This document shows, one piece after another, positions 1 to 11,664 of a stretch of DNA of 64,000 nt. Made by a program: the position numbers and the translations under genes. Each line of letters opens with the position of its first letter. Within the stretch, counting starts at the first letter, position 1. The stretch spans positions 5,022,001 through 5,086,000 of the forward strand of contig OZ024743.1 in the NCBI GenBank assembly GCA_964016885.1, given 5' to 3'. Under the pieces are notes generated by a model, which saw only the letters and a program-made list of their open reading frames with translations, was not told the DNA's origin and did not search any database. Source of the stretch: Eledone cirrhosa (lineage: Eukaryota).

Positions 1-54
1 ATTTTCAATGTTTTATGTATAAGGTATATATATATATATATATATAAACACAAA

Positions 55-370
55 TAATGGTTTCTGATTTAGGCACAAGGCCAACAATTTGGGGGGAGGG
101 GAAGGGAAAGTCAATGAAATCGACCCCAGTACATTACTGGTACTTTATTTTATCGACCCTGTAAGGATAAACACAAATAATTGTTTCTACTTTAAGCACA
201 AGGCCAGCAATAACCCAGTGCATTACTGGTACTTTATTATATCGACCCCGTAAGGATGAAAGGCAAAGTCAACCTCGGCGGGATTTGAACTCAGATCGTA
301 AAGGGACGTAACTCTATACTGGAAAGCATGGCGTCCGATCCTCTATCGATACTGCACATCCACCGCCCTT
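55..370 (-). mobile_element. tRNA-derived SINE, two nested copies (partial copy inserted at tail of a full copy)
   Basis: Reverse complement carries B box GAGTTCAAATCC, core GCCTTTCATCCTTACGGGGTCGATA and tail GGCCTTGTGC..GAAAC.ATTATT; TAAACACAAATAAT is repeated at ~45 and ~168, flanking the partial copy. Confidence 0.85.
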
Positions 371-548
371 AATAAATACGGTACTTAATTACACATATAA
401 TACAACAAAATAACTCGAATAAATTTCATATACGACTGAAACTATCAAAATGGAATATTTTATTCGTAATTTAAAGATAAACAATATGTACCGTGGAGAG
501 TAAGCTAAAATATTCGGCCGCCACCATCGTTGACCCCCCCCCCCTCGA

Positions 549-554
549 GCTCTC

Positions 555-625
<71 letters not shown>

Positions 626-717
626 CTCTCTCTATCTATCTATATAAATATCTATCTATTTCTATATCTATATAAATCTATCTCACTCTCTCTCACACAC
701 ACACACACACACACATA
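549..717. repeat. (TCTA)n/(CT)n/(CA)n compound microsatellite
   Basis: Seen directly. Confidence 0.95.
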
Positions 718-989
718 CTGACCATCTCTGTATAAGTCAGTGTTTAGTTAGATATTAGATCGACAGCCCACTTATCAGAAAGCTACTATGCAGTCAGTTG
801 AACTGCTAGAAATAGCCACCGAAATCAAACGGAAATCCTATCCTCGCAGGATAAAAGTGTAGGGTCTCTTTTTCATGTTTCGTCTCATTAAACTGTACCA
901 AAACAACAGATTTCAGAGATTTAGATAAACTGATGATCTTATGTGACGATATCTAGGTAATTCTGATGGTAAATGTTCCTCTTTATATA

Positions 990-1182
990 TAATTGTTTCT
1001 ACTATTGGCACAAGCCCAGCAAATTACCCAGTACATTACTGGTACTTTATTTTATCGACCCCGTAAGGATGAAAGGCAAAGTTAACCTCGGCGGGATTTG
1101 AACTCAGAATGGCAAGGGCCGTAACTCTATGCGTCAAAGCATGGCGTCCGACCCTCTACCGATACTGCCAATTCACCGCCCA
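990..1182 (-). mobile_element. tRNA-derived SINE, full length
   Basis: Same A box (TGGCAGTATCGG), B box, core and tail; flanked by TTATATATAAT direct repeat. Confidence 0.88.
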
Positions 1183-1517
1183 TTATATATAATGGAAGCA
1201 ATTTGTAAAGTTAAGGCATGTAACTTAACAGGTTAGGGTGTTGGACTCATGTCCATTAGGTTGTGGGTTTGATTCTCAGATCGGGTGACACGTATGTGCA
1301 GGGGGCCGGAGGTGGGGAATATTGTACTCTCAGTTGCTTAACGTCTATGGAACCGGGGAAAGTTCCGTGATTCGGACAAGCATTGAAAGACGGACGTAAA
1401 ATGATAAATCCCTCAATGTATAATAAATATTGATAAATGGTTTTGTTAATTCTTAAAACAAAGTTCTAATCTGTTACTAAAGAAATATGGGTATGGCCAC
1501 TTTTCGCTCCCCTAGAC

Positions 1518-1672
1518 CAGGATTTCCCAAACTTTTTTAAACGTGGAACCCTTTTTGGTTCGGAAAGTTTGAGGGGAACCCCAAAGTCTAATACTGTTAT
1601 ACGGTCGTAAAATAAATATATTCCTCTACCTTTTTTTACGGAAGCCCAGACACTCCTTTGCGGAACCCACTA
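1518..1672. mobile_element. hAT (Charlie-like) MITE
   Basis: Starts CAGGATTTCCCAAAC; flanked by CCCTAGAC/CCTTAGAC (7/8 match, 8-bp TSD); homologous to 58139-58305. Confidence 0.7.
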
Positions 1673-1950
1673 CCTTAGACATACTAATGTCTTTTTTTTT
1701 TTCCAAGACAGTGAGGTGTGATTTGAGGAGATTTGACAGTTATTTCTAACAGATTGAGTGACAGCGTAGAGGCCTCCACAATGTACACACTTTTTTTTTT
1801 GTTATATCATTACAGTAGTAACATGAGAAGATAGCAGTGAGCTTACTTAACGTTTTATGTTGTTGGTCAATTCAAACGGAAAGGTAGGTATGCAAGAGTT
1901 ATTCCCCTTGGGTCTCGATTATGTTTTGTTTACATGTACGAACAAAGACA

Positions 1951-2366
<416 letters not shown>

Positions 2367-2504
2367 TTGTCCGTCAAACAGTGATTATGCTAACTTGCAG
2401 TTGACCCCTGCTTCTGCAGTTCAACAACTAATTAGTCTTGGATTTTTAGCTTCAATTCTCTGTTGAGCGATCACAGAGCCGCATGATCGTTATATATTAT
2501 ATAT

Positions 2505-3080
2505 CGATCACTTTTGATATATAACAATGGGGACCTAACCCCGGAAATCGACCGCCATGGTCATGCACTCCCTGTGGAAATCCCCTTGGTGTCACTTCTC
2601 TAACTCCTGGAAGACGAAGCTCCATATCTACAAAGCATCAGTCCTCTCTGTTCTCCTTTATGGAGCAGAAACGTGGCCCTTCACAAAGACCCTAGCAAAA
2701 GAAGACCGGCGGCTTCGATGGCAAAGAAGTGAGGACCATCGAGAACATCAGATGCTACCACCGTGTTTCCATGAAAGAGGTGCGCGCGAGCATGCATCAG
2801 CCCGCAGCCTCTCGTGTCATAGCCATCTGCCGTATGCGCTGGACATGTCTTCCGCCACCGGCCAGATCATCCTACCAGATCATTACTCTCGTTCGGTGCA
2901 GCAGCTGCAGGCTGGAAGAGGCCCCACGCCATTTGACTGGATGTCATCAAGGAAGATCTCGAGAGGCTCGACGTCACCTTCGAGAATACAGTGGGGCTGG
3001 CATGGGACCACCAGTAATGGAGGGCACTGGTGGATCTGGTTGGTTCTACACATGATGTCGCCTCTAGGGTGACACTAGTC
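2505..3080 (+). mobile_element. RTE-clade LINE 3' fragment (degenerate)
   Basis: TKLHIYKASVLSVLLYGAETW is the typical post-RT motif of RTE-type ORFs; frameshifted. Confidence 0.7.
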
Positions 3081-3272
3081 TTATTGAGCAAAGAAGAGGA
3101 TATATGTATATAGAGGTGGAGAAAATACAACACGAACACAGGGAATGCAAAAATACGAAGTCTTTTTAGTATCACGCCTAGAAGAAAGTAGAGGAGGGTA
3201 CATACATACATATATATGCGTGTCTGTATGCGTATATATATATGTGTGTATGTATGTGTGTGTATATATATA

Positions 3273-3367
<95 letters not shown>

Positions 3368-3490
3368 ATATATTTTAGTTATTGTTCGCCCTAGGCTGAG
3401 GTATCTTGTCTCTAACGCGAAGAAATACCTATGATTCCTAGCAGACAACTGACGATGGATATTACCCTCTTTCGACCGTAACTTTTTCAT

Positions 3491-3591
<101 letters not shown>

Positions 3592-3622
3592 GCGTGTGGG
3601 TGTGGGCGTGTGGGTGTGAGTG

Positions 3623-3847
3623 TATAAGGGAAAAAAATCGAAAATGCAACTGAAGTCTTTTAAAGAATATGCATTTGTTTCCTTTACCGGTTTGACAGTT
3701 CTTATGCTTTTCAAAAGTAGAATGAGATGGAGGATTCCTCCATTTCATTCTACTTTTGAAAAGCATAAGAACTGTCAAACCGGTAAAGGAAACAAATGCA
3801 TATTCTTTAAAAGACTTCAGTTGCATTTTCGATTTTTTTCCCTTATA
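3623..3847. repeat. Near-perfect ~225-bp palindrome
   Basis: Arms are reverse complements around ATGGAGGATTCCTCCAT at ~3735; nearly the same peptide appears on both strands in the ORF track. Confidence 0.9.
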
Positions 3848-3900
3848 TTTTCACTCGTGTAGGATATCTCGTTTTTTTTTATTAAAAAAAACCTCATTTT

Positions 3901-3968
<68 letters not shown>

Positions 3969-4005
3969 ATTAAATAAATGGAAACTATATTTATAAAACC
4001 ATATT

Positions 4006-4071
4006 TATTTCATTATATATATTTCGGGGATATCATATTAACAATATGCTATGCCTTCCTCAGACAAAATA
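4006..4071 (-). ncRNA. Minimal type-I hammerhead ribozyme motif (family B)
   Basis: Reverse complement of the 4171-4236 motif. Confidence 0.72.
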
Positions 4072-4170
4072 CAATATAAACAGTTTTATAGACAAATAGA
4101 TTCGACATACCGTTATAACACCGACTTCCATTTGAAGAGGTTTAAGCTGTCTATAAAACTGTTTATATTG

Positions 4171-4236
4171 TATTTTGTCTGAGGAAGGCATAGCATATTG
4201 TTAATATGATATCCCCGAAATATATATAATGAAATA
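4171..4236 (+). ncRNA. Minimal type-I hammerhead ribozyme motif (family B)
   Basis: TATTTTGT-CTGAGGA-[stem II]-GAAA-TATATA-TA-ATGAAATA; 8-bp stem I with 2 G-U; palindromic stem III ATATATAT. Confidence 0.75.
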
Positions 4237-4364
4237 AATATGGTTTTATAAATATAGTTTCCATTTATTTAATATTGTAAATATACTCCAAATATTTGTC
4301 GAGTGCTTTTATATCAGTTATAAATATTTACTAGTTGTAACCCAACAATTTTAAATATAACTTT

Positions 4365-4399
<35 letters not shown>

Positions 4400-4472
4400 A
4401 AAATGAGGTTTTTTTAATAAAAAAAAACGAGATATCCTACACGAGTGAAAATATAAGGGAAAAAAATCGAAA

Positions 4473-4522
4473 TACTTATTTGATATATGAATAGTTTTAT
4501 TGTTCTACAATATTACTCATCT

Positions 4523-4562
<40 letters not shown>

Positions 4563-4612
4563 AGATGAGTAATATTGTAGAACAATAAAACTATTCATAT
4601 ATCAAATAAGTA
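4473..4612. repeat. Palindrome with ~50-bp arms centred on (TA)n
   Basis: TACTTATTTG...ACTCATCTCC-(TA)n-GGAGATGAGT...CAAATAAGTA. Confidence 0.88.
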
Positions 4613-4683
4613 GCACTCAACTGATTGTAGAAGTGGAGTATATATAAAGAAGAAATTAAAAGATGGTTAAAAAAGTTCCATAT

Positions 4684-4751
4684 ATTTTATTATGCGCATT
4701 TCGAAAACAACATCATCCTGGGACAAAAATTGTGTTCTCATCAGATAAAAT
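4684..4751 (-). ncRNA. Minimal type-I hammerhead ribozyme motif (family C)
   Basis: Minus strand: ATTTTAT-CTGATGA-GAACACAA..TTGTTTTC-GAAA-TGCGCA-TA-ATAAAAT; perfect 7-bp stem I; stem III palindrome ATGCGCAT. Confidence 0.8.
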
Positions 4752-5624
4752 TAGGTAACATGATATGAGGCCTAAAAACACTTGTGAACAAGAAAGTGTC
4801 CAGTCAACATATGAGAAAAATATAAGAGAAGAGAAAAAATAGGAAAAATAAACGAGAATCTATAAATATTTCAAAAGGACAGTTCTTCGACTAATTACTG
4901 GTTTGTTTATTTTTTTTTTTGGGGGGGGGGGGGGGGGGAGCTAATATCTCTCAAGATCTTTAAAAGCAAAGGAACATTCAATTATCCGTAATAAAATTCA
5001 TACTGTGGGTAGCAGTAGGTAAATAAATAAAAATTGTATAAATGTATTAATAAAAATATATAGATAAATTTACTACGCCTGTAACATTACAAATATGTGA
5101 TAAATATCTATATATACTTAGGGTACCAGGTAGAGCACTATATCTATATATATATACATTGGGTCTATACATTGGGTCTATGAACATGTAAACCTGTCAA
5201 ATATATGTAATTCCTCTTAGATTGAAAGACTACAAGTATAGAATTTAAGAAAATATGAAATTCAGAAAAAGAATATATATTTCCATTTATGTTTAGTCTA
5301 TTGAATAAAGAAAATGTAATTTTGTACAAAATATTAATTTTTACACACACACAGACACACGCACACACATACATACATACACATATATATATATATATAT
5401 ATGTTTTGCAAAGTTTCTGATATGAAATCGTGTGTTGAAACAAATATTGTTATATTTGGAGGGGGGGGGGGGGGGGTATCATATTGTTTTAATATTGCCA
5501 GAAGTAATAATAAAACACACTCACTGTTTGGTTTGGATTGGTTTTCCCAAACAGTGAGTTTGTTTTATTATTATTTCTGGCAATTTTATAACAATATAAC
5601 CCTCCCCAAATATAACTATATATA

Positions 5625-5683
<59 letters not shown>

Positions 5684-5807
5684 GTTAATAATAAATGTGA
5701 AGACTAAAATCCGTAGAGGGCTCGATAAGTTTCAGAAGATCCCATTCAGGGTGAAAGCAGTGATTCTTTGCTTAAACTGCTATTTTAATAAATATATATA
5801 TATGTGG

Positions 5808-5877
<70 letters not shown>

Positions 5878-6819
5878 AACTAAGGAAAATTAACAGAGGG
5901 TAAGACAACGGATGAAAACAGGGCAAAACAAAATCAATTTTTTAAGGGAAACCTTAAATTGTTGTGGTTTTTAAAATAAAAATACAAACGAAAAATACAG
6001 AACTCCAGGGTCATCGGCCCTAGAGGTGGACTTTAGCAGTTTCGACCCCTACCAACGGTACTACTAGTACACCTTGGGTCACAGCGTCTGACACAAGATA
6101 AACGCCAGTGAAATAAGGGACATATATTCATGTATATATGCATATATATATATGTGTGTGTGTGTCACAGTCGAGGGTATAGACCAACATACGGAATGAC
6201 GAGATAACATATGTTGTATGTGGGTGGAGTGTATAGGAGACCGTGTGAATGTGTGAGTATGTAAATAGATGCATGTTTATTTATGTATGCACGTGTGTGT
6301 GTTTGTGTATGCGTGCGTGTGTATGTGTGCGTTTGCATGTGTGTGTGTGTGTGTGTGCACGAAAGCGTTCTTTGCCTCTGTACCTCATTTAGTTCTGTAT
6401 GTGCGCTCTCCCTTCAATCCACATGTTAATTCTCTCTGTACCACAATAACTCTCTCTCTCTCTTCTCTCTCTTTCTTCTTCCCTCCCTCTCTCTCTTTCT
6501 TCCTTTCTCTCTCTCCCTCTCTCTACTACCCCTCTCCATATATGATGTATTATGTCTAAATTAGGCGCATGGCCAAAACTATGGGGACGCGATTAAACAG
6601 TTAAATTGACCCCAGTACATAACTGGAAGGATGAAATACAAAGTTGATTCAGCAGGAAACGAACACAGGACATAAAGATCCAGAGCTAATACAAGGTCGA
6701 TGACGACGACGACGACGACGACGACAAAGAAGAAGAAGAAGAAGAAGAATATCTCGATCAGTGATAAACAAGTAGATATTGGCGACACATGAAAACGAAA
6801 TCATAATCATTATAATTCG

Positions 6820-7233
6820 GGAGGATTGGCAGTACCGGTAGAGGGTCGGACACCATACTTTGCAGCATACAGCCCTTTATGATCTGAGTTCAAATCCCGC
6901 CGAGGTTAACTTTGCCTTTCATCCTTACGAGGTCGATAAAATAAAGTACCAGTCACGCACTGGGGTCGATTTAATCAACTTTCCCCGCCCCCAAAATTGC
7001 TGGCCCTGTGCCTATATAAGAAACCATTATAATTATTATGAAAGTGTCGGTAGAGGGTCGGACGCCATGCTTTGACGCATAGAGTTACGGCCCTTGCCAT
7101 TCTGAGTTCAAATCCCGTCGAGGTTAACTTTGCCTTTCATCCTTACGGGGTCGATAAAATAAAGTACCAGTAATGTACTGGGTAATTGCTGGCCTTGTGC
7201 TAAAAGTAGAAACAATTATAATTATTATGAAAG
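6820..7233 (+). mobile_element. Two tandem SINE copies (second 5'-truncated, inserted in tail of first)
   Basis: B boxes, cores and tails present; 19-bp TSD ATTATAATTATTATGAAAG at 7026-7044 and 7215-7233. Confidence 0.88.
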
Positions 7234-7537
7234 AACTACTATTATGTTAATGTAATTATTATACCCCTGTCATCATACACGCAAGTCTGTGTGGCTCCGT
7301 GGGTTTGAGTTCACGTCTCGCGTATGGCAGCTCGGGAAAATTTCCACTGTAGCTTCGATGTGAAGAAGAAGAAGAAGAAGAAGAAGAACTTAGTGATTCA
7401 ACCACCTTCACAAATCATTTTGTAATCAAGGAATTATTCTGTTAAATATTATTTTACTGTACGCTCCTTCATTTTTGACGGGTGCAATGCAAGTATATAT
7501 ATATATAAGTGGTTACACAACAGTTAGTTCACCATAC

Positions 7538-7575
7538 CGAGAACAATTGTTTCACCTTAGCGGATTCTCAGCTCG
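7538..7575 (-). ncRNA. Degenerate minimal hammerhead motif
   Basis: Minus: CGAG-CTGAGA(N7 missing)-ATCCGCTAAGGT-GAAAC-AATT-GTT-CTCG; stem I CGAG/CTCG; stem III palindrome ACAATTGT. Confidence 0.5.
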
Positions 7576-8232
7576 TAATCCTCAGCCTCTACCTAACTCG
7601 TCCCATGGACTGAGTGCTCTACCACTACGGATATTACCTTCCAGTCTTCTACCACTATATGTGTCATCTATTTTTTATCATTTATTTTGTTTTGACCTGT
7701 TTAGCTTGACTTGGTTTTTGGCTTGGGTGGTTAATGCCTTCTTGACCACCTTTTCAGTTTTCTATGGCTTCTTAACACATTGTTTAGCTCTGCTTTTTAA
7801 CTATTGAGCACTTTGCCAGTATCATTTCTGATTTTTGCGTTTCGCTTCGCTTTTTCCTGCCCGCCGAAAATGCGATTCTCGCTGAATCTTTATTTGTATA
7901 TATATATATATATATATATATTTCTACTATATTAAGCATTAAACTAATATATGTCTGCTTTGTTGTTTCTGTTTACTTTTTACATTATATATATATATAT
8001 GTATACTGAAAGGGGGAGAGAGAGAGAGAGAGGGAGAGAGAGAGAGGGGGAGAGAGAGACTAGAAATAGGTAATAACTTAACCACTACCATGCCAGTCAA
8101 TACATCGATCTCCATCGATCAATCGATCCTCTGAAACGATCGTAAAACAATGAAATAACTATCTACCTACACCTGACTTCTGTTTTTAGTGTTCTATGCA
8201 CAAACACACACACACATACACACACACATATG

Positions 8233-8308
<76 letters not shown>

Positions 8309-8602
8309 AAATATACATGAACTGTTTAGCGACAACCACTTTCAGCATGAAACTGCCGAAGTTATTTCTTAGACCTAAGACGAAGGATCACCTACAAATG
8401 TTCATACATGCATTAATATGTGCGCACGTGAGTGTGTGCGTGAGTGTGTGCGTGAGTGTGTGCGTGAGTGAGTGTGTGCGTGAGTGTGTGCGCGATACGT
8501 GAACAAATGAAGATGTAGCTGCACACACAATGTCATCACGACCCTCTGTGAAGACAGTTCTCTTCACTTTACCATTTATTAGACCTCTGGTTATTATTAT
8601 TT

Positions 8603-8791
8603 GTGGTGGATTGGCAGAATCGGTAGAGAGTCGGACGCCTTGCTTTGCAGCAAAGAGTTACGGCCCTTTATGGTCTGAGTTCAAATCCTGCCGAGGTTAA
8701 CTTTGCCTTCCGGGGGTCGGTGAAATAAAGTACCAGTAATACACTGGGATAATTCCTGACCTTGTGCCAAAAGTAGAAACAATTATTTGTG
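8603..8791 (+). mobile_element. tRNA-derived SINE
   Basis: A/B boxes, core, tail; TSD ATTATTTGTG (8596-8605, 8782-8791). Confidence 0.88.
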
Positions 8792-9053
8792 ATGTGTACG
8801 GCGTTAGAATTATAAAATCGTTAGAGCGTCGGACCAAAATCCCTAGTGTTCAGCTAGAAGGCTTTATGTTCTAAGTCAGAACCTTACGGTTCGCATGACT
8901 CGCTTTTATACCCATATTGTCATTCAATAAAATCACTCGTGAATTATTGTCGTCTTCGTTTACCTGACCTTACCTGTGCCCCCCTGCACAAGGTAAAGCT
9001 GTCCTTGGAAAAATTACTTCGTTCCCTCCTCCCCAGAGTATTTTCATTTGAGT

Positions 9054-11029
9054 TTGTTGTCTGGTGGTATAACAACTGTACAGTAGGTATCTTTATTGTT
9101 GTCTGGTGGTATAACAACTGTACAGTAGGTATCTTTATTGTTGTCTGGTGGTATAACAACTGTACAGTAGGTATCTTTATTGTTGTCTGGTGGTATAACA
9201 ACTGTACAGTAGGTATCTTTATTGTTGTCTGGTGGTATAACAACTGTACAGTAGGTATCTTTATTGTTGTCTGGTGGTATAACAACTGTACAGTAGGTAT
9301 CTTTATTGTTGTCTGGTGGTATAACAACTGTACAGTAGGTATCTTTATTGTTGTCTGGTGGTATAACAACTGTACAGTAGGTATCTTTATTGTTGTCTGG
9401 TGGTATAACAACTGTACAGTAGGTATCTTTATTGTTGTCTGGTGGTATAACAACTGTACAGTAGGTATCTTTATTGTTGTCTGGTGGTATAACAACTGTA
9501 CAGTAGGTATCTTTATTGTTGTCTGGTGGTATAACAACTGTACAGTAGGTATCTTTATTGTTGTCTGGTGGTATAACAACTGTACAGTAGGTATCTTTAT
9601 TGTTGTCTGGTGGTATAACAACTGTACAGTAGGTATCTTTATTGTTGTCTGGTGGTATAACAACTGTACAGTAGGTATCTTTATTGTTGTCTGGTGGTAT
9701 AACAACTGTACAGTAGGTATCTTTATTGTTGTCTGGTGGTATAACAACTGTACAGTAGGTATCTTTATTGTTGTCTGGTGGTATAACAACTGTACAGTAG
9801 GTATCTTTATTGTTGTCTGGTGGTATAACAACTGTACAGTAGGTATCTTTATTGTTGTCTGGTGGTATAACAACTGTACAGTAGGTATCTTTATTGCTGT
9901 CTGGTGGTATAACAACTGTACAGTAGGTATCTTTATTGCTGTCTGGTGGTATAACAACTGTACAGTAGGTATCTTTATTGCTGTCTGGTGGTATAACAAC
10001 TGTACAGTAGGTATCTTTATTGCTGTCTGGTGGTATAACAACTGTACAGTAGGTATCTTTATTGCTGTCTGGTGGTATAACAACTGTACAGTAGGTATCT
10101 TTATTGTTGTCTGGTGGTATAACAACTGTACAGTAGGTATCTTTATTGCTGTCTGGTGGTATAACAACTGTACAGTAGGTATCTTTATTGCTGTCTGGTG
10201 GTATAACAACTGTACAGTAGGTATCTTTATTGCTGTCTGGTGGTATAACAACTGTACAGTAGGTATCTTTATTGCTGTCTGGTGGTATAACAACTGTACA
10301 GTAGGTATCTTTATTGCTGTCTGGTGGTATAACAACTGTACAGTAGGTATCTTTATTGTTGTCTGGTGGTATAACAACTGTACAGTAGGTATCTTTATTG
10401 CTGTCTGGTGGTATAACAACTGTACAGTAGGTATCTTTATTGTTGTCTGGTGGTATAACAACTGTACAGTAGGTATCTTTATTGCTGTCTGGTGGTATAA
10501 CAACTGTACAGTAGGTATCTTTATTGTTGTCTGGTGGTATAACAACTGTACAGTAGGTATCTTTATTGTTGTCTGGTGGTATAACAACTGTACAGTAGGT
10601 ATCTTTATTGTTGTCTGGTGGTATAACAACTGTACAGTAGGTATCTTTATTGCTGTCTGGTGGTATAACAACTGTACAGTAGGTATCTTTATTGCTGTTT
10701 GGTGGTATAACAACTGTACAGTAGGTATCTTTATTGCTGTCTGGTGGTATAACAACTGTACAGTAGGTATCTTTATTGTTGTCTGGTGGTATAACAACTG
10801 TACAGTAGGTATCTTTATTGTTGTCTGGTGGTATAACAACTGTACAGTAGGTATCTTTATTGTTGTCTGGTGGTATAACAACTGTACAGTAGGTATCTTT
10901 ATTGCTGTCTGGTGGTATAACAACTGTACAGTAGGTATCTTTATTGTTGTCTGGTGGTATAACAACTGTACAGTAGGTATCTTTATTGTTGTCTGGTGGT
11001 ATAACAACTGTACAGTAGGTATCTTTATT
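9054..11029. repeat. 42-bp tandem array, 47 copies (TTGTTGTCTGGTGGTATAACAACTGTACAGTAGGTATCTTTA)
   Basis: 1976 bp = 47x42+2; units nearly identical, one T/C polymorphic site; no spacers. Confidence 0.97.
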
Positions 11030-11309
11030 CGATAATAACGTTTATTTAATTATTTGTGATAAATTGTGTGAATTATTATTATTAGAATTAGGCCAAAAGT
11101 GGTTTAAAAAAACAAATGGCAACCCTGATCTAACAACGTCGTTAGAAACCTGGTTTTATATAATTTATTCACAATTATCATATTTTATCGCATTACTGTA
11201 TTTGCATTTACATTTGTTTTCGTTGTTTCTTATTTCTTCATTCTGATTATTATACTTTTTGTTCTTTTTCCTTTCCATAAATCTTTTTTGTTTGAACAAA
11301 AACAAGCCC

Positions 11310-11664
11310 ATGGAAGCTAAGAAAAGAAAAGTCGCTTTGGAGTGCCGAACTTTTAAGAAGAATATCAGTTGGAGTTACAGTGCGACGAATCTTTGAAATC
11401 GAAATTTCAGTTTGAATCCACTGCTGACTTCTGCCAAGCAGAAAATATAAAAACATCTTGACTAATGTGAAACTGATGATATCATTATTTGGAAGTACAT
11501 ATGCTTGTGAACAACTTTTTGCCAAAATGAAATATACTAAAAGTCATTTAAGAACAAGGTTCCGTGAAGACCACCTGGTTGATGTTTTGCACCTGTCATC
11601 GACAAATATTTCACCTGATGTGGAGAAGTTATCGCACAATAAGCAGAAACAAGTGTCTCATTAA
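11310..11664 (+). pseudogene. hAT transposase remnant (N-terminal start fused to C-terminal dimerisation region; GTF2IRD2/SPIN-like)
   Basis: MEAKKRKVALECRTF followed by SLFGSTYACEQLFAKMKYTKSHLRTR...QKQVSH. Confidence 0.8.

Larger units (their letters stand above)
3964..4279. repeat. Inverted repeat (~130-bp arms, ~50-bp spacer), Penelope-like pLTR remnant; outer inverted arms 3828-3905/4395-4472
   Basis: Arms matched by eye; bounded by (TA)n; each arm contains a hammerhead motif. Confidence 0.8.

Noticed and set aside
826-870. Twister-ribozyme-like GGATAAAAGTG(T/G)A segment (also ~40445)
   Set aside because: Upstream UAA/P1/P2 and pseudoknot pairings could not be built
6005-6090. Further hammerhead remnants (6005-6090 minus; 5720-5755; 36235-36305)
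   Set aside because: Core mutated or stem I unpaired; too degenerate to call
6820-6910. tRNA genes at the A/B-box sites
   Set aside because: Heads continue into SINE core and tail; no cloverleaf
9054-11029. CRISPR array
   Set aside because: Units are contiguous with no unique spacers, no cas genes, eukaryotic context
8939-11035. 698-aa (+) and 687-aa (-) repeat proteins
   Set aside because: By-product of a 42-bp stop-free unit; non-ATG starts, no synonymous divergence, located inside a dead transposon
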